From: Rubrivivax sp.
GTDB taxonomy: Bacteria > Pseudomonadota > Gammaproteobacteria > Burkholderiales > Burkholderiaceae_C
Assembly (NCBI GenBank): GCA_016788525.1
Contig: JAEUPD010000222.1
Coordinates: 557 to 64,556, forward strand
DNA length: 64,000 bases
Reading direction: 5' to 3'
The notes beneath the pieces were generated by a model that saw only the letters and a program-made list of their open reading frames with translations, ran no database searches and was not told the DNA's origin. Positions within the stretch are counted from its first letter, which is position 1. Each line of letters begins with the position of its first letter. The translations under genes were made by a program, and so were the position numbers. Below, one piece after another: positions 53,754-63,216 of this stretch.

Positions 53754-56700
53754 ATGTCCGAAGGCGTGGTTGAGAGTGCCGTGGCCGCCGCGGCGGCCGG
53801 GGCCGCGGCGGTGGCGCCCCGCGAGGCGTTCGTGCATCTGCGCGTGCACACCGAGTACTCGGTGGTCGACGGCACACTGCGCATCGACGATGCGGCCGCT
53901 GCCGCGCGCGCCGATGCGATGCCGGCGCTGGCCATCACCGACCTGAACAACGTCTTTGGCGCCGTCAAGTTCTACAAGGCCTGCCGCGGCAAGGGGGTCA
54001 AGCCGATCGTCGGCGTGGACGTCTGGATGGAGCCCCTGTCCCACGCCGGCTTCGCGGCCTGCAGCGACAAGGCGCCCAGCCGGCTGCTGCTGCTGGTGCA
54101 GAGTGAAGCCGGCTGGCACCACCTGAGCGAGCTGCTGGCACGCGCCTGGGTCAGCAACGTGCAGCGCACGATGGCCTGGGTGAAGTGGGCGTGGCTCGAG
54201 GAACTCGGCGGCGGGCTGATCGCGCTGTCGGGCGGCGACCTCGGCGCGGTGGGCATGGCGCTGCTGGCCGGCGACGGCGAACGCGCACGCGCCGTGGCGA
54301 GCGCGCTCTCGCGCATCTTCCCGGGCCGCTTCTATGTCGAGCTGCAGCGCGCCGGGCAACCGCAGCAGGAGGCCCACGTGCGCGCGGCGGTGCCGCTGGC
54401 CGCCGAGCTCGGCTTGCCGGTGGTGGCCACCCACCCGGTGCAGTTCCTCGCTGCCGACGACTACGAGGCGCACGAGGCGCGCGTCTGCGTCGCCGAGGGC
54501 GAGACGCTTGGCAACCCGCGGCGCGTCAAGCGCTTCACGCCCGAGCAGCGCTTCAAGACCGCCGCCGAGATGGCGCAGCTGTTCGCCGACGTGCCCAGTG
54601 CGCTGGCCAACAGCGTGGCCATCGCGCGGCGCTGCAACCTCACGCTCACGCTGGGCAAGCCGCAGCTGCCGGATTTCCCCACGCCGCAGGTGAACGGCGA
54701 GCCGATGCCGCTGAACGAGTACTTCCGCCAGGCCTCGCGAGAGGGGCTGGAGAGGCGGCTGGTCGCGTTGTTCCCCGACCCCGCGGCGCGCCAGCGCGAG
54801 CGGCCGCGCTACGACGAGCGGCTGCAGTTCGAGCTCGGCGTGATCGAGAAGATGGGCTTCGCCGGCTACTTCCTCATCGTCAGCGATTTTATCGTCTGGG
54901 CCAAGGACAACGGCTGCCCGGTGGGGCCGGGCCGCGGTTCGGGGGCGGGCTCGCTCGTCGCCTATGCCCTCGTCATCACCGACCTCGACCCGCTGGCCTA
55001 CAAGCTGCTCTTCGAGCGCTTCCTGAACCCGGACCGGGTCTCGATGCCGGACTTCGACATCGATTTCTGCCAGGCCAACCGCGACCGCGTCATCGACTAC
55101 GTGAAGGCCAAGTACGGCCGCGATGCGGTGAGCCAGATCGCCACCTTCGGCACCATGGCCGCCAAGGCCGCGCTGCGCGACGTGGGCCGCGTGCTCGGCA
55201 TGGGTTACGGGCATGTGGACTCGATCGCCAAGCTGATCCCCGCGCCGCCGGGCAAGACGGTGACGCTGGCCCCGGTGCCCGAGGGCTACGACCCCGACAA
55301 GGACCCCACCATCTATGCGCGCCGCGAGGCGCCCGAGTTGAACCAGCGCGAGGCCGCCGAGGAGGAGGTGCGCGAACTGCTGGCGCTGGCCACGCGCGTG
55401 GAGGGCATGGTGCGCAACGTCGGCATGCACGCCGGCGGCGTGCTCATCGCGCCGGGCAAGATCACCGACTTCTGCCCGCTGTACCAGCAGCCGGGCAGCG
55501 ACAGTGCGGTGAGCCAGTTCGACAAGGACGATGTCGAAGCCATCGGCCTGGTGAAGTTCGACTTCCTGGGCCTGGCGACGCTGACGATCCTGGAGCTGGC
55601 CAAGGAGTTCATCCGCCGCAAGCCGGGCCAGGAGGACTTCACCTTCGAGAAGGTGCCGTTCGACGACCCGCAGGTCTACCGGCTGTTCTCCGATGGCCGC
55701 ACGGAGTCGATCTTCCAGTTCGAATCACGCGGCATGCAGGGCATGCTGCGCGAGGCCAAGCCGACGCGGCTGGAGGACCTGATCGCGTTGAACGCGATGT
55801 TCCGCCCGGGGCCGATGGAGAACATTCCCAGCTTCTGCCGGCGCAAGAACGGGCAGGAGGAGATCGAGTACCCGCACGCGCTGCTGGCGCAGGTGCTGGA
55901 AGAGACCTACGGCATCTTCGTCTACCAGGAACAGGTGATGCAGGCCGCGCAGATCCTGGGCGGCTACTCGCTGGGCGGTGCGGATCTGTTGCGCCGCGCG
56001 ATGGGCAAGAAGAAGCCCGAGGAGATGGCCGAGCAGCGCATCGTGTTCCGCGACGGCGCCGCGAAGCAGGACATCGCGCAGGCCAAGGCCGACGAGGTCT
56101 TCGACCTGATGGAGAAGTTCGCCGGCTACGGCTTCAACAAGAGCCACGCGGCGGCGTACTCGGTGCTGGCCTACCAGACAGCCTGGCTCAAGGTGCGCCA
56201 CCCGGCGGAGTTCTACGCCGCCAACATGACGATCGAAGCCGACAACACCGACAAGCTGCGCGTGCTGCTGGCCGATGCGCGCCAGTTCGACGTGGAGTTC
56301 GAGGCCCCCGACATCAACCGCGGCGGCTTTCGCTTCGAGCCGGTGGGTGCACGCAAGGTGCGCTACGGCCTGGGGGCCGTGAAGGGCACCGGGCAGGGCG
56401 CGATCGAAGCCATCGTCGCGGCGCGCGAGGGCGTGGGCGAGCACTCGGGCGAAGGCGGCGGGCCGTTCAGGAGCCTGTTCGACTTCTGCGCCCGTGTCGA
56501 CCGCCAGCGGGTCAACAAGCGCGTCGTCGAAGCGCTGGTGAAGGCCGGAGCCCTCGACCCGTTGCAGCCCGACCGGGCCGCGCTGCTGGCCAGCGTGGGC
56601 CTGGCCTTCGAGTGGGCCGACACGCAGGCCGCCAACGTGATGCAGGCCGGACTGTTCGATTTCGGCGACGGCGACAGCCATGGCAGCAGCACGCAGGAGC

Positions 56701-57383
56701 CGGCGCTCGTGCATGCCGCGCCGTGGGGCGTACGCGAGCGGCTGATGCAGGAGAAGACCGCGCTCGGCTTCTACCTCAGCGGGCACCTGTTCGACGCCTG
56801 GTCGGACGAGGTGCGGCGCTTCGCGCGCCAGCCCATCGCCGACCTCGTGGACAGCCGCGAACTGCAGCTGCTGGCCGGCATCGTGACCGACCCGCGCACC
56901 GTGAACGGCCAGCGCGGCCGCGTCGTCATCTTCAAACTTGACGACGGCACCGAGGCGATCGAGGCCGTGGCCCCCGAAGAGCTGTTCGAGACGCAGCGCG
57001 AGCTGGCCCAGGAGGACCAGCTGCTCGTCGTGCAGGGCCGCGTGCAGACCGACCGCTTCAACGGCGGCCTGCGCCTGAACGTCGCGCAGGTGTGGGACCT
57101 GCCGGCGGCGCGTGCGCGCTTCGCTCGCCACCTGGCCATCGAGGTCGATGGCGGCGCCGCGCCGCCGGTGGGCGACGTGCTCAAGCTGTGGCCGTCGCGC
57201 CGGCTGGACACCGAACATGGCGTGCTGCACCAGGGCTTGTCGGTGCGCGTGAAGCTGCGGCGGCGCCAGGCCGTGGCCGAGGTCGACCTTGGCGACGAGG
57301 CGCGCTTCTGGCCCTGCGACGAGGCTCTCGTGCGCTGGCGCAGCCTCGCCCACAACGGCGCGGCTGTGGTTGTTTACGAATGA
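53754..57383 (+). CDS. dnaE: DNA polymerase III alpha subunit
   Basis: HLRVHTEYS, GPGRGSGAGS, PDFDIDF, KFDFLGL, FNKSH. Confidence 0.98.
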   Translation: MSEGVVESAVAAAAAGAAAVAPREAFVHLRVHTEYSVVDGTLRIDDAAAAARADAMPALAITDLNNVFGAVKFYKACRGKGVKPIVGVDVWMEPLSHAGFAACSDKAPSRLLLLVQSEAGWHHLSELLARAWVSNVQRTMAWVKWAWLEELGGGLIALSGGDLGAVGMALLAGDGERARAVASALSRIFPGRFYVELQRAGQPQQEAHVRAAVPLAAELGLPVVATHPVQFLAADDYEAHEARVCVAEGETLGNPRRVKRFTPEQRFKTAAEMAQLFADVPSALANSVAIARRCNLTLTLGKPQLPDFPTPQVNGEPMPLNEYFRQASREGLERRLVALFPDPAARQRERPRYDERLQFELGVIEKMGFAGYFLIVSDFIVWAKDNGCPVGPGRGSGAGSLVAYALVITDLDPLAYKLLFERFLNPDRVSMPDFDIDFCQANRDRVIDYVKAKYGRDAVSQIATFGTMAAKAALRDVGRVLGMGYGHVDSIAKLIPAPPGKTVTLAPVPEGYDPDKDPTIYARREAPELNQREAAEEEVRELLALATRVEGMVRNVGMHAGGVLIAPGKITDFCPLYQQPGSDSAVSQFDKDDVEAIGLVKFDFLGLATLTILELAKEFIRRKPGQEDFTFEKVPFDDPQVYRLFSDGRTESIFQFESRGMQGMLREAKPTRLEDLIALNAMFRPGPMENIPSFCRRKNGQEEIEYPHALLAQVLEETYGIFVYQEQVMQAAQILGGYSLGGADLLRRAMGKKKPEEMAEQRIVFRDGAAKQDIAQAKADEVFDLMEKFAGYGFNKSHAAAYSVLAYQTAWLKVRHPAEFYAANMTIEADNTDKLRVLLADARQFDVEFEAPDINRGGFRFEPVGARKVRYGLGAVKGTGQGAIEAIVAAREGVGEHSGEGGGPFRSLFDFCARVDRQRVNKRVVEALVKAGALDPLQPDRAALLASVGLAFEWADTQAANVMQAGLFDFGDGDSHGSSTQEPALVHAAPWGVRERLMQEKTALGFYLSGHLFDAWSDEVRRFARQPIADLVDSRELQLLAGIVTDPRTVNGQRGRVVIFKLDDGTEAIEAVAPEELFETQRELAQEDQLLVVQGRVQTDRFNGGLRLNVAQVWDLPAARARFARHLAIEVDGGAAPPVGDVLKLWPSRRLDTEHGVLHQGLSVRVKLRRRQAVAEVDLGDEARFWPCDEALVRWRSLAHNGAAVVVYE

Positions 57384-57459
57384 AACGGCGGCGGCGGTGC
57401 GGGCATCGCGGCGGCATCATCGTGCGTTGAACACCCACTGCCCGGCCATGGAGTGCCCG

Positions 57460-57981
57460 ATGCCCCTTCCCGTGATGCCCAGGTTGCCCACCCGCGCCGC
57501 TGTGGTCCTGCTGGCCACGCTGGCCTCCCAGGGGGTGCTTGCGCTCGAGATCCGCCTGCCGCCGCCACCGCCCATCGTGCTGCCGGGGTTGCCCGGCCGG
57601 GTGGACGTGAGCCGCCTGCCGGTGCCGCAGGTGGTGGTGAGCGTGCCGGTGATCATCACGCCGCCGGCGCTTCCCGCGCCGCCGCGCCCGGGTGTGGTGG
57701 TAGTGGCGCCACCGCCGCCGCGCCAGGCGCCGGTGTACATGTGGGTACCGCCCGGGCACCAGAAGAACTGGGCCAAGCACTGCGGCAGGTACAGCGCCTG
57801 CGGCGTGCCGGTGCTGTTCGTACGCGACGAGTGGTACGACCGGCATGTGAAGAAGGGCGCCAGACATCGGCACGACGACGACGACCACCCGGGTCGCGGC
57901 CATGGCAAGGGCGATGGCAAGGGCGATGGCAAGGGCGATGGCAAGGGGCAGGGCAAGGGCCAGGGAAAGGGCAAGGACTGA
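57460..57981 (+). CDS. Exported Pro-rich hypothetical protein with GK-repeat tail
   Basis: Signal-like N-terminus; VPPGHQKNWAKHCGRYSACGVPV; (GKGD)n. Confidence 0.75.
   Translation: MPLPVMPRLPTRAAVVLLATLASQGVLALEIRLPPPPPIVLPGLPGRVDVSRLPVPQVVVSVPVIITPPALPAPPRPGVVVVAPPPPRQAPVYMWVPPGHQKNWAKHCGRYSACGVPVLFVRDEWYDRHVKKGARHRHDDDDHPGRGHGKGDGKGDGKGDGKGQGKGQGKGKD
57903..57976 (+). repeat. 12-bp coding tandem repeat TGGCAAGGGCGA (GKGD/GKGQ)
   Basis: Three perfect units followed by degenerate units. Confidence 0.85.
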
Positions 57982-58125
57982 CGGGGCCGCGCCGAGGTCT
58001 GCCGCGCTACGCCGGCCAGCCGATGGCGCCGCGGGGCGCCGGGTGTTCACGCAGGCGCGCCTGAAGCGTGCCGGCGTGCAGCCGATCGCGCCGGCCTGCG
58101 GCCATCCGCCGCCACAATCCGCCCC

Positions 58126-59418
58126 ATGCACGAGCTGCCTCTCACCGGCCTGGTCCTCAGTGGCGGTGGAGCCCGTGCCGCCTATCAGGTGGGTGTGCTG
58201 CGCGCGCTGGCCAAGCTGCGGCGCGAGGTGCTGGGGCCGCGGGCCCGCATGGCCAACCCGTTCGGGGTGATCACGGGCACCTCGGCCGGGGCCATCAACG
58301 CGGCAGCGCTGGCCGCGCATGCCGACCGTTTCGAGGCCGCGGTGGAGGTCATTGCCAAGGTCTGGCAGAACTTCTCGGCCGAGCAGGTGTACCGTGCCGA
58401 TTCACTCGGGGTCATCCGCAGCGGCGCGCAGTGGCTGACGATGCTCTCGGTGGGCTGGGTGATCGCGCGCTGGCGACGTGCGCGACCGCGCTCGCTGCTG
58501 GACAACGGGCCGCTGGCGCAGCTGCTCGAACGACTGGTGCCGCTGGAACGCCTGCCACTGGTGCTGCAGTCGCGCCAGCTGCATGCGCTGGCGGTCACCG
58601 CCTCCAGCTACACGGGCGGCGAGCACTTCACCTTCTACACCGCGCGTGAGCCGGTGCCGACCTGGCTGCGCGAACAGCGCGTGGCGGTGCCCTCGACGAT
58701 CACGCACACGCACCTGCTGGCCTCCTCGGCGATCCCGTTCGTGTTCCCGGCCCAGCACCTCGAGGTGGGCGGTGTGCCCGGCTGGTTCGGCGACGGTTCG
58801 ATGCGCAACACCGCGCCGCTGTCGCCGGCCATCCACCTGGGCGCCGAGCGGCTGCTGATCATCGGCGCCGGGCGCATGCAGGAGCCGCAGGTGCGCCACC
58901 TGGCGCCTTCGGGCTACCCGAACCTGGCGCAGATCGCCGGCCATGCCCTTTCCAGCATCTTTCTCGACGCGCTGTCGGTGGACGTGGAGCGCATGCGCCG
59001 CATCAACCGCACGCTGGCACTGCTGCCCGAGTCGGCCCTGGCGGACACGCCGCTCAAGCCCATCGAAGCGCTGGTGATCGCCCCTTCGCAGCGCATCGAC
59101 GACATCGCGTCGCGCCACCTGCAGGCCCTGCCCGGCCCCGTGCGCGCGCTTCTGCGCGGCGCCGGCGTCAGCGGCGAGGGGCGCACGGCGCGCGGCACGG
59201 CCCTGGCGAGCTATCTGCTTTTCGAGGCGCCCTTCACGCGCGAGCTGATGACGCTCGGCGAAGCCGACACGATGGCTCGGCGCGACGAGGTGATGCAGTT
59301 CTTTGGCTGGGGCGCCAGCCTGCGCGCACTGCGCCGGCTGCGTGAACTGCCGCCGGGCGAGCAGGCGGCGCTGGACTTCGACGTCTCGAGGCCGATGCCC
59401 GACCTGGAGCTGCCCTGA
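58126..59418 (+). CDS. Patatin-like phospholipase
   Basis: LSGGGARAAYQ, GTSAG, ASSAIP, DGS. Confidence 0.93.
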   Translation: MHELPLTGLVLSGGGARAAYQVGVLRALAKLRREVLGPRARMANPFGVITGTSAGAINAAALAAHADRFEAAVEVIAKVWQNFSAEQVYRADSLGVIRSGAQWLTMLSVGWVIARWRRARPRSLLDNGPLAQLLERLVPLERLPLVLQSRQLHALAVTASSYTGGEHFTFYTAREPVPTWLREQRVAVPSTITHTHLLASSAIPFVFPAQHLEVGGVPGWFGDGSMRNTAPLSPAIHLGAERLLIIGAGRMQEPQVRHLAPSGYPNLAQIAGHALSSIFLDALSVDVERMRRINRTLALLPESALADTPLKPIEALVIAPSQRIDDIASRHLQALPGPVRALLRGAGVSGEGRTARGTALASYLLFEAPFTRELMTLGEADTMARRDEVMQFFGWGASLRALRRLRELPPGEQAALDFDVSRPMPDLELP

Positions 59419-59424
59419 CAGACC

Positions 59425-59454
59425 GTGAAGAGATCCGCCGCCGGATCTCTTCAC
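59425..59454. terminator. Perfect 13-bp-stem hairpin between convergent genes
   Basis: GTGAAGAGATCCG-CCGC-CGGATCTCTTCAC; no U-tract, so terminator role is uncertain. Confidence 0.45.
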
Positions 59455-59567
59455 AGGGCCCGAGCCGACGTCGGGGCAGCGCCCCGGGGCCAGCCGCAAG
59501 GGCGGTCCCGGGCGCTTTGCGACCGGCCGCGGCCGGCCCTCGCCAGGCAAGGCCGGTCCTCTTGAGG

Positions 59568-59963
59568 TCAGGAAGCCGCGGCGGCGGCGGCCTTGTCGGC
59601 CTTGGCCGGCTTGCGCGCCGGCTTGGACTCGCCAGTGTTGCCCGGCTCGACCTTGGCAGCCTTCTTGCCGCCTGCCTTGTTGGCGGGCAGCGCGCTGGCG
59701 TCGAACGGTGCGCCGCCAACCGTGAGGCCGCCCTTCGAGAGCTTGCCGGCGCTGGCCGCGCCGACGCCGGGAACGCGCTCGACCATGTCGGCCCAGCTCT
59801 TGAACTCGCCGGTCTTGCGGGCCTCGAGGATCTTTGCCGACAGGCCCGGGCCGATGCCCTTGACGGTCTCCAGCTCGGCGCGGCTGGCGCGGTTGATGTC
59901 CACTGCGGCCCAGGCGTTGAGCGCGAGGGCGGCGAGGGCGGCGACGATGAGCTTGCGGAACAT
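59568..59963 (-). CDS. ComEA-like helix-hairpin-helix protein
   Basis: Signal peptide; VDINRAS.AELETVKGIGP; RVPGVG; AGGAG RBS. Confidence 0.9.
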   Translation of the reverse strand: MFRKLIVAALAALALNAWAAVDINRASRAELETVKGIGPGLSAKILEARKTGEFKSWADMVERVPGVGAASAGKLSKGGLTVGGAPFDASALPANKAGGKKAAKVEPGNTGESKPARKPAKADKAAAAAAS

Positions 59964-60299
59964 GGCGGGTTCTCCTGTGGGTGCGAGAGTGGGTTGGGTT
60001 CGGACCGTGCGGGACGGGTGCCCGGTCAGGTTGGCGCCTTGGTGTTAAGGTGCACCGCGTTGCCCGGGACGAAGGTCATTCTTCGCAGCCGGTCGGTGCG
60101 GCGCATTCCCCCGCGGGCAGGAGCGCAGAGGGCCTCAGTTGGGGCGATGCCGGTGGGCAGCCGTGCGGTGCTCGCGCTCCCCCGTCGGGGTGTCGGCGCC
60201 CGGTAGCGCCCTGGTGGCCCGCCCGCTCGATCGCCCGTCATCCGTTCATCCGCTTGCCGGCCGGGCTGGCCGCGGGCAGCCCCGGCAGCGCGCGGCGCT

Positions 60300-61424
60300 T
60301 CAGCGGTCGCCGGCGAGCAGCAACTGTCGTGCGGCGGCCAGCACCGCATCGCGGCGGGGCCAGACCCCCAGGCCGCCGAGCAGGTGGACCGACGGGCCCC
60401 AGGCCCGCCAGTGGCCCGGGTGAGTGGGGCCGAGCACCGACAGCAGCGGCGTGTCCACCGCTGCCGCCAGGTGGCCGGGGCCGGTGTCGTTGCTGATCAT
60501 CAGCGCGGCTTCGGCCAGCAGGGCGGCATAGGCGCCGAGCCCCACGCCCTCCAGCGTGATCGCGTCGCCGAAGCGCCGGCGGGCCTCTTCCGCTTCGCCC
60601 GGCCCCGGGCACACGACGATGCGGCGCTGCTGCGCCTGGGCCAGCGGGCGCAGCTCCTCGCGTACGAATTCGGCGAATGCCGGCCAGGTCTTGGGCAGCT
60701 TGTCGAACGTCCCGCCGGCGAACGGGCAGATGACGATCGGTGCGCGCTCCAGGCCGTGCGCGGCGCGCAGCGCGCGCGCCGCTTCGACGTGCTGCGGCGC
60801 CAGCCGCAGGCCCAGGCGCTCGGGCAGCGCGGCGGCCGCGCCCAGCAGCGCATCGCCCAGCGCCCAGTAGACGGCCAGCTCATGCAGCCCGCGCTGGCGT
60901 GCGATCGCACGGCCAAGGAGGAAGCCCCTGCCTTCGTGCGCATGGCCCAGCGCGCGCAGGCCGGCCAGCCGGCACTCCAGCGCACTGGAGAAGGAATAGG
61001 GCAGGCACAGCGCGTCGATGCGCCCGTGCCGCATGCCGCCAGGTCCGCCATGGCCCGCAGCCGGGGCGCCGGCGGGCGCCTGCCTGCGCAGCTGCCTGAG
61101 CAGGGCCACGCGTTCACGCAGCGTCAACGGCAGTGGATGCACAGGCCAGCCGTGGCCGGCCAGCAGGTCGCAGGCCCAGCCCTTGCCCACCAGATGCAGG
61201 TCGTAGCCGGCATCGGCCAGTCGTTGCAGCATCGGCAGGCCGAGCAGCACGTCGCCGACCCAGTTTCGCAGGCGCACGACCAGCGGCCCGGCCGCCGCCG
61301 ATGCAGGGCGCGTTGAGGGCGGTGATGACGGCGACTCCGATCGGGGATCTTCGACCGCGCCGTCTGCCTGCGGCGGCCGCGGCATGGCCGCTGCCTCGCA
61401 TGCGCGGTGTTGCTCGGCACTCAT
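60300..61424 (-). CDS. Glycosyltransferase family 9 (WaaF-like heptosyltransferase)
   Basis: RLRNWVGD, KTWP, ISNDTGPGHLAAAVDTP..GPT; start uncertain. Confidence 0.85.
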   Translation of the reverse strand: MSAEQHRACEAAAMPRPPQADGAVEDPRSESPSSPPSTRPASAAAGPLVVRLRNWVGDVLLGLPMLQRLADAGYDLHLVGKGWACDLLAGHGWPVHPLPLTLRERVALLRQLRRQAPAGAPAAGHGGPGGMRHGRIDALCLPYSFSSALECRLAGLRALGHAHEGRGFLLGRAIARQRGLHELAVYWALGDALLGAAAALPERLGLRLAPQHVEAARALRAAHGLERAPIVICPFAGGTFDKLPKTWPAFAEFVREELRPLAQAQQRRIVVCPGPGEAEEARRRFGDAITLEGVGLGAYAALLAEAALMISNDTGPGHLAAAVDTPLLSVLGPTHPGHWRAWGPSVHLLGGLGVWPRRDAVLAAARQLLLAGDR

Positions 61425-61495
61425 CGCACGCGGCCCATAATGCGCGCCCATTCTGCCAGCCACGGCCACGCCCCCCGGGGAGCCACGGGCCGTTG

Positions 61496-62197
61496 ATGCT
61501 CATGACACCGAGTTTGCCCAGCGCCGCGGATGTGGTGGCGCTGCACGATCGCTTGATTGCCATGCCGGGCTGGCCGAAGGCCGGCCCACCGGCTGACGCC
61601 GCCGGGGCCGGCATGCCCGGCGGTGCCGAGTTCTGGCGCTGGGTGCAGACCAACCACCTCTACAACTGCCGCCTGTGGGCCGAGGAAGACCTGGCGCGCC
61701 GCATCACCGTGGCCGACGCCGAGATCGCCGCGAACAAGCGCGCCATCGACGGCTTCAACCAGGCGCGCAACGACGCCACCGAGCGCGTCGACGAGGTCCT
61801 GCTCGTCGCGCTGGGCCTGGTCGATGCCGCCTCGGCGCGCACCGACGCGCCGCAGGCCACCGTGGCCGCCGGCGCGCGGCTGAACAGCGAGACCGCCGGC
61901 AGCATGATCGACCGGCTGTCGATCCTGGCGCTGAAGGTCAATGCGATGCGCGCGCAGACCGCGCGGCGCGACGTGGACGAGGCGCACCTCGAGGGCAGCC
62001 GTGGCAAGCTGGTTCGGCTGTTGCAGCAGCGCGCCGACCTCGCCGGCTGCCTGGACGCGCTGCTGGCCGAGGCGGCTGCCGGCCGCGCCTACTTCAAGGT
62101 CTATCGCCAGTTCAAGATGTACAACGACCCGCGCTTCAACCCCGCGCTGGTGGCCGAGCAGGCGGCGGCCGGTGCCGCGCTGAAGCGCGCGCGCTGA
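61496..62197 (+). CDS. DUF4254 domain protein
   Basis: LWAEEDLAR, KRAID.FNQ.RND, NSET.G.MIDRLSIL.LK, KVYRQFKMYND. Confidence 0.85.
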   Translation: MLMTPSLPSAADVVALHDRLIAMPGWPKAGPPADAAGAGMPGGAEFWRWVQTNHLYNCRLWAEEDLARRITVADAEIAANKRAIDGFNQARNDATERVDEVLLVALGLVDAASARTDAPQATVAAGARLNSETAGSMIDRLSILALKVNAMRAQTARRDVDEAHLEGSRGKLVRLLQQRADLAGCLDALLAEAAAGRAYFKVYRQFKMYNDPRFNPALVAEQAAAGAALKRAR

Positions 62198-62213
62198 TCG
62201 GGTGCATGCCACG

Positions 62214-63170
62214 ATGCGCCTGCTGATCGTCAAGACCTCGTCGATGGGCGACGTGGTGCACGCGCTGCCGGTGGTGAGCGATGTGCTGCGGCACGACCCC
62301 GGCGCGACCGTCGAGTGGCTGGTGGAAGGGTCGTATGCCGCCATTCCTCAGTTGCATCCGGGCGTGCGCCGGGTCATTCCGATGGCTTGGCGCAAGTGGC
62401 GCCGCTCGCTGCTGGCCGGCGCCACGCGGCGTGCGATGCGCGAGCTGCGTGCCGAGCTGCAGCGCGAGCCGTTCGACCTCGTGCTCGACCTGCAGGGCCT
62501 GGTGAAGAGCGCGCTGTGGGCGCGGCAGGCCCGCGGGCCGGTGGCTGGCTACGACAAGGGCAGTGCCCGCGAACCACTGGCCGCCATGGCATACCAGCGC
62601 AAGGCCGCGGTGCCCAAGGACCTGCACGCGGTGCAGCGCTGCCGCATGCTGGCCGCTGCGCACCTGGGCTATGCGGTGCCCGACACACGGCCCGATTTCG
62701 GCCTGCGCGCGCATGCCGTGGGGGCCGGCTGGGGGCCCAAGGTGCCGTATGCGGTGCTGATCCCCAACGCCAGCCGCAAGGAGAAGCTGTGGCCCGAGCG
62801 GCACTGGGTGGCCGTGGGCAAGCGCCTGCGCGAGCGCGGGCTGGTGCCGGTGGTGCTGTGGGGAGCCGACGAGGAGCAGACGCTGGCCGAACGCATCGCC
62901 GCGGACTGCGAGGGCGACGTGCCGCCGTTCCTGCGCGTGGGCGAGATGGCCGCGGTGCTGGCCGGCGCGCGGCAGGTGGTGGGGCTGGACACCGGCTTCA
63001 CGCACCTGGCGGCGGCGCTCGGCCGCCCCACACTGGGCATCTACTGCGACCACGAGCCGGGGCTGGCGGGCATCGCCGGCCCGGGGCGCGTGGCCAGCAT
63101 CGGCGGCAAGTGGCAGGTGCCGGCGCGCAACGACGTGCTGGCGTTGCTGGAGGAGCAGCTGCGCGGTTAG
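62214..63170 (+). CDS. waaC: LPS heptosyltransferase I
   Basis: LIVKTSSMGDVVH, DLQGLVKS, AREPLA, HAVQR, GLDTGFTHLAAA. Confidence 0.93.
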   Translation: MRLLIVKTSSMGDVVHALPVVSDVLRHDPGATVEWLVEGSYAAIPQLHPGVRRVIPMAWRKWRRSLLAGATRRAMRELRAELQREPFDLVLDLQGLVKSALWARQARGPVAGYDKGSAREPLAAMAYQRKAAVPKDLHAVQRCRMLAAAHLGYAVPDTRPDFGLRAHAVGAGWGPKVPYAVLIPNASRKEKLWPERHWVAVGKRLRERGLVPVVLWGADEEQTLAERIAADCEGDVPPFLRVGEMAAVLAGARQVVGLDTGFTHLAAALGRPTLGIYCDHEPGLAGIAGPGRVASIGGKWQVPARNDVLALLEEQLRG

Positions 63171-63216
63171 GCGCCCGCGTCCGGCGCGCCCGGTCGCGCG
63201 CCGATGGCGCCCGGCG

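Noticed and set aside
57903-57976. 12-bp tandem repeat as a phase-variation or array signal
   Set aside because: In-frame, encodes a low-complexity GKGD tail; copy-number change would not shift the frame.
59420-59460. Collapsed MITE/IS end at the perfect hairpin
   Set aside because: No target-site duplication or transposase visible; kept only as a possible terminator.
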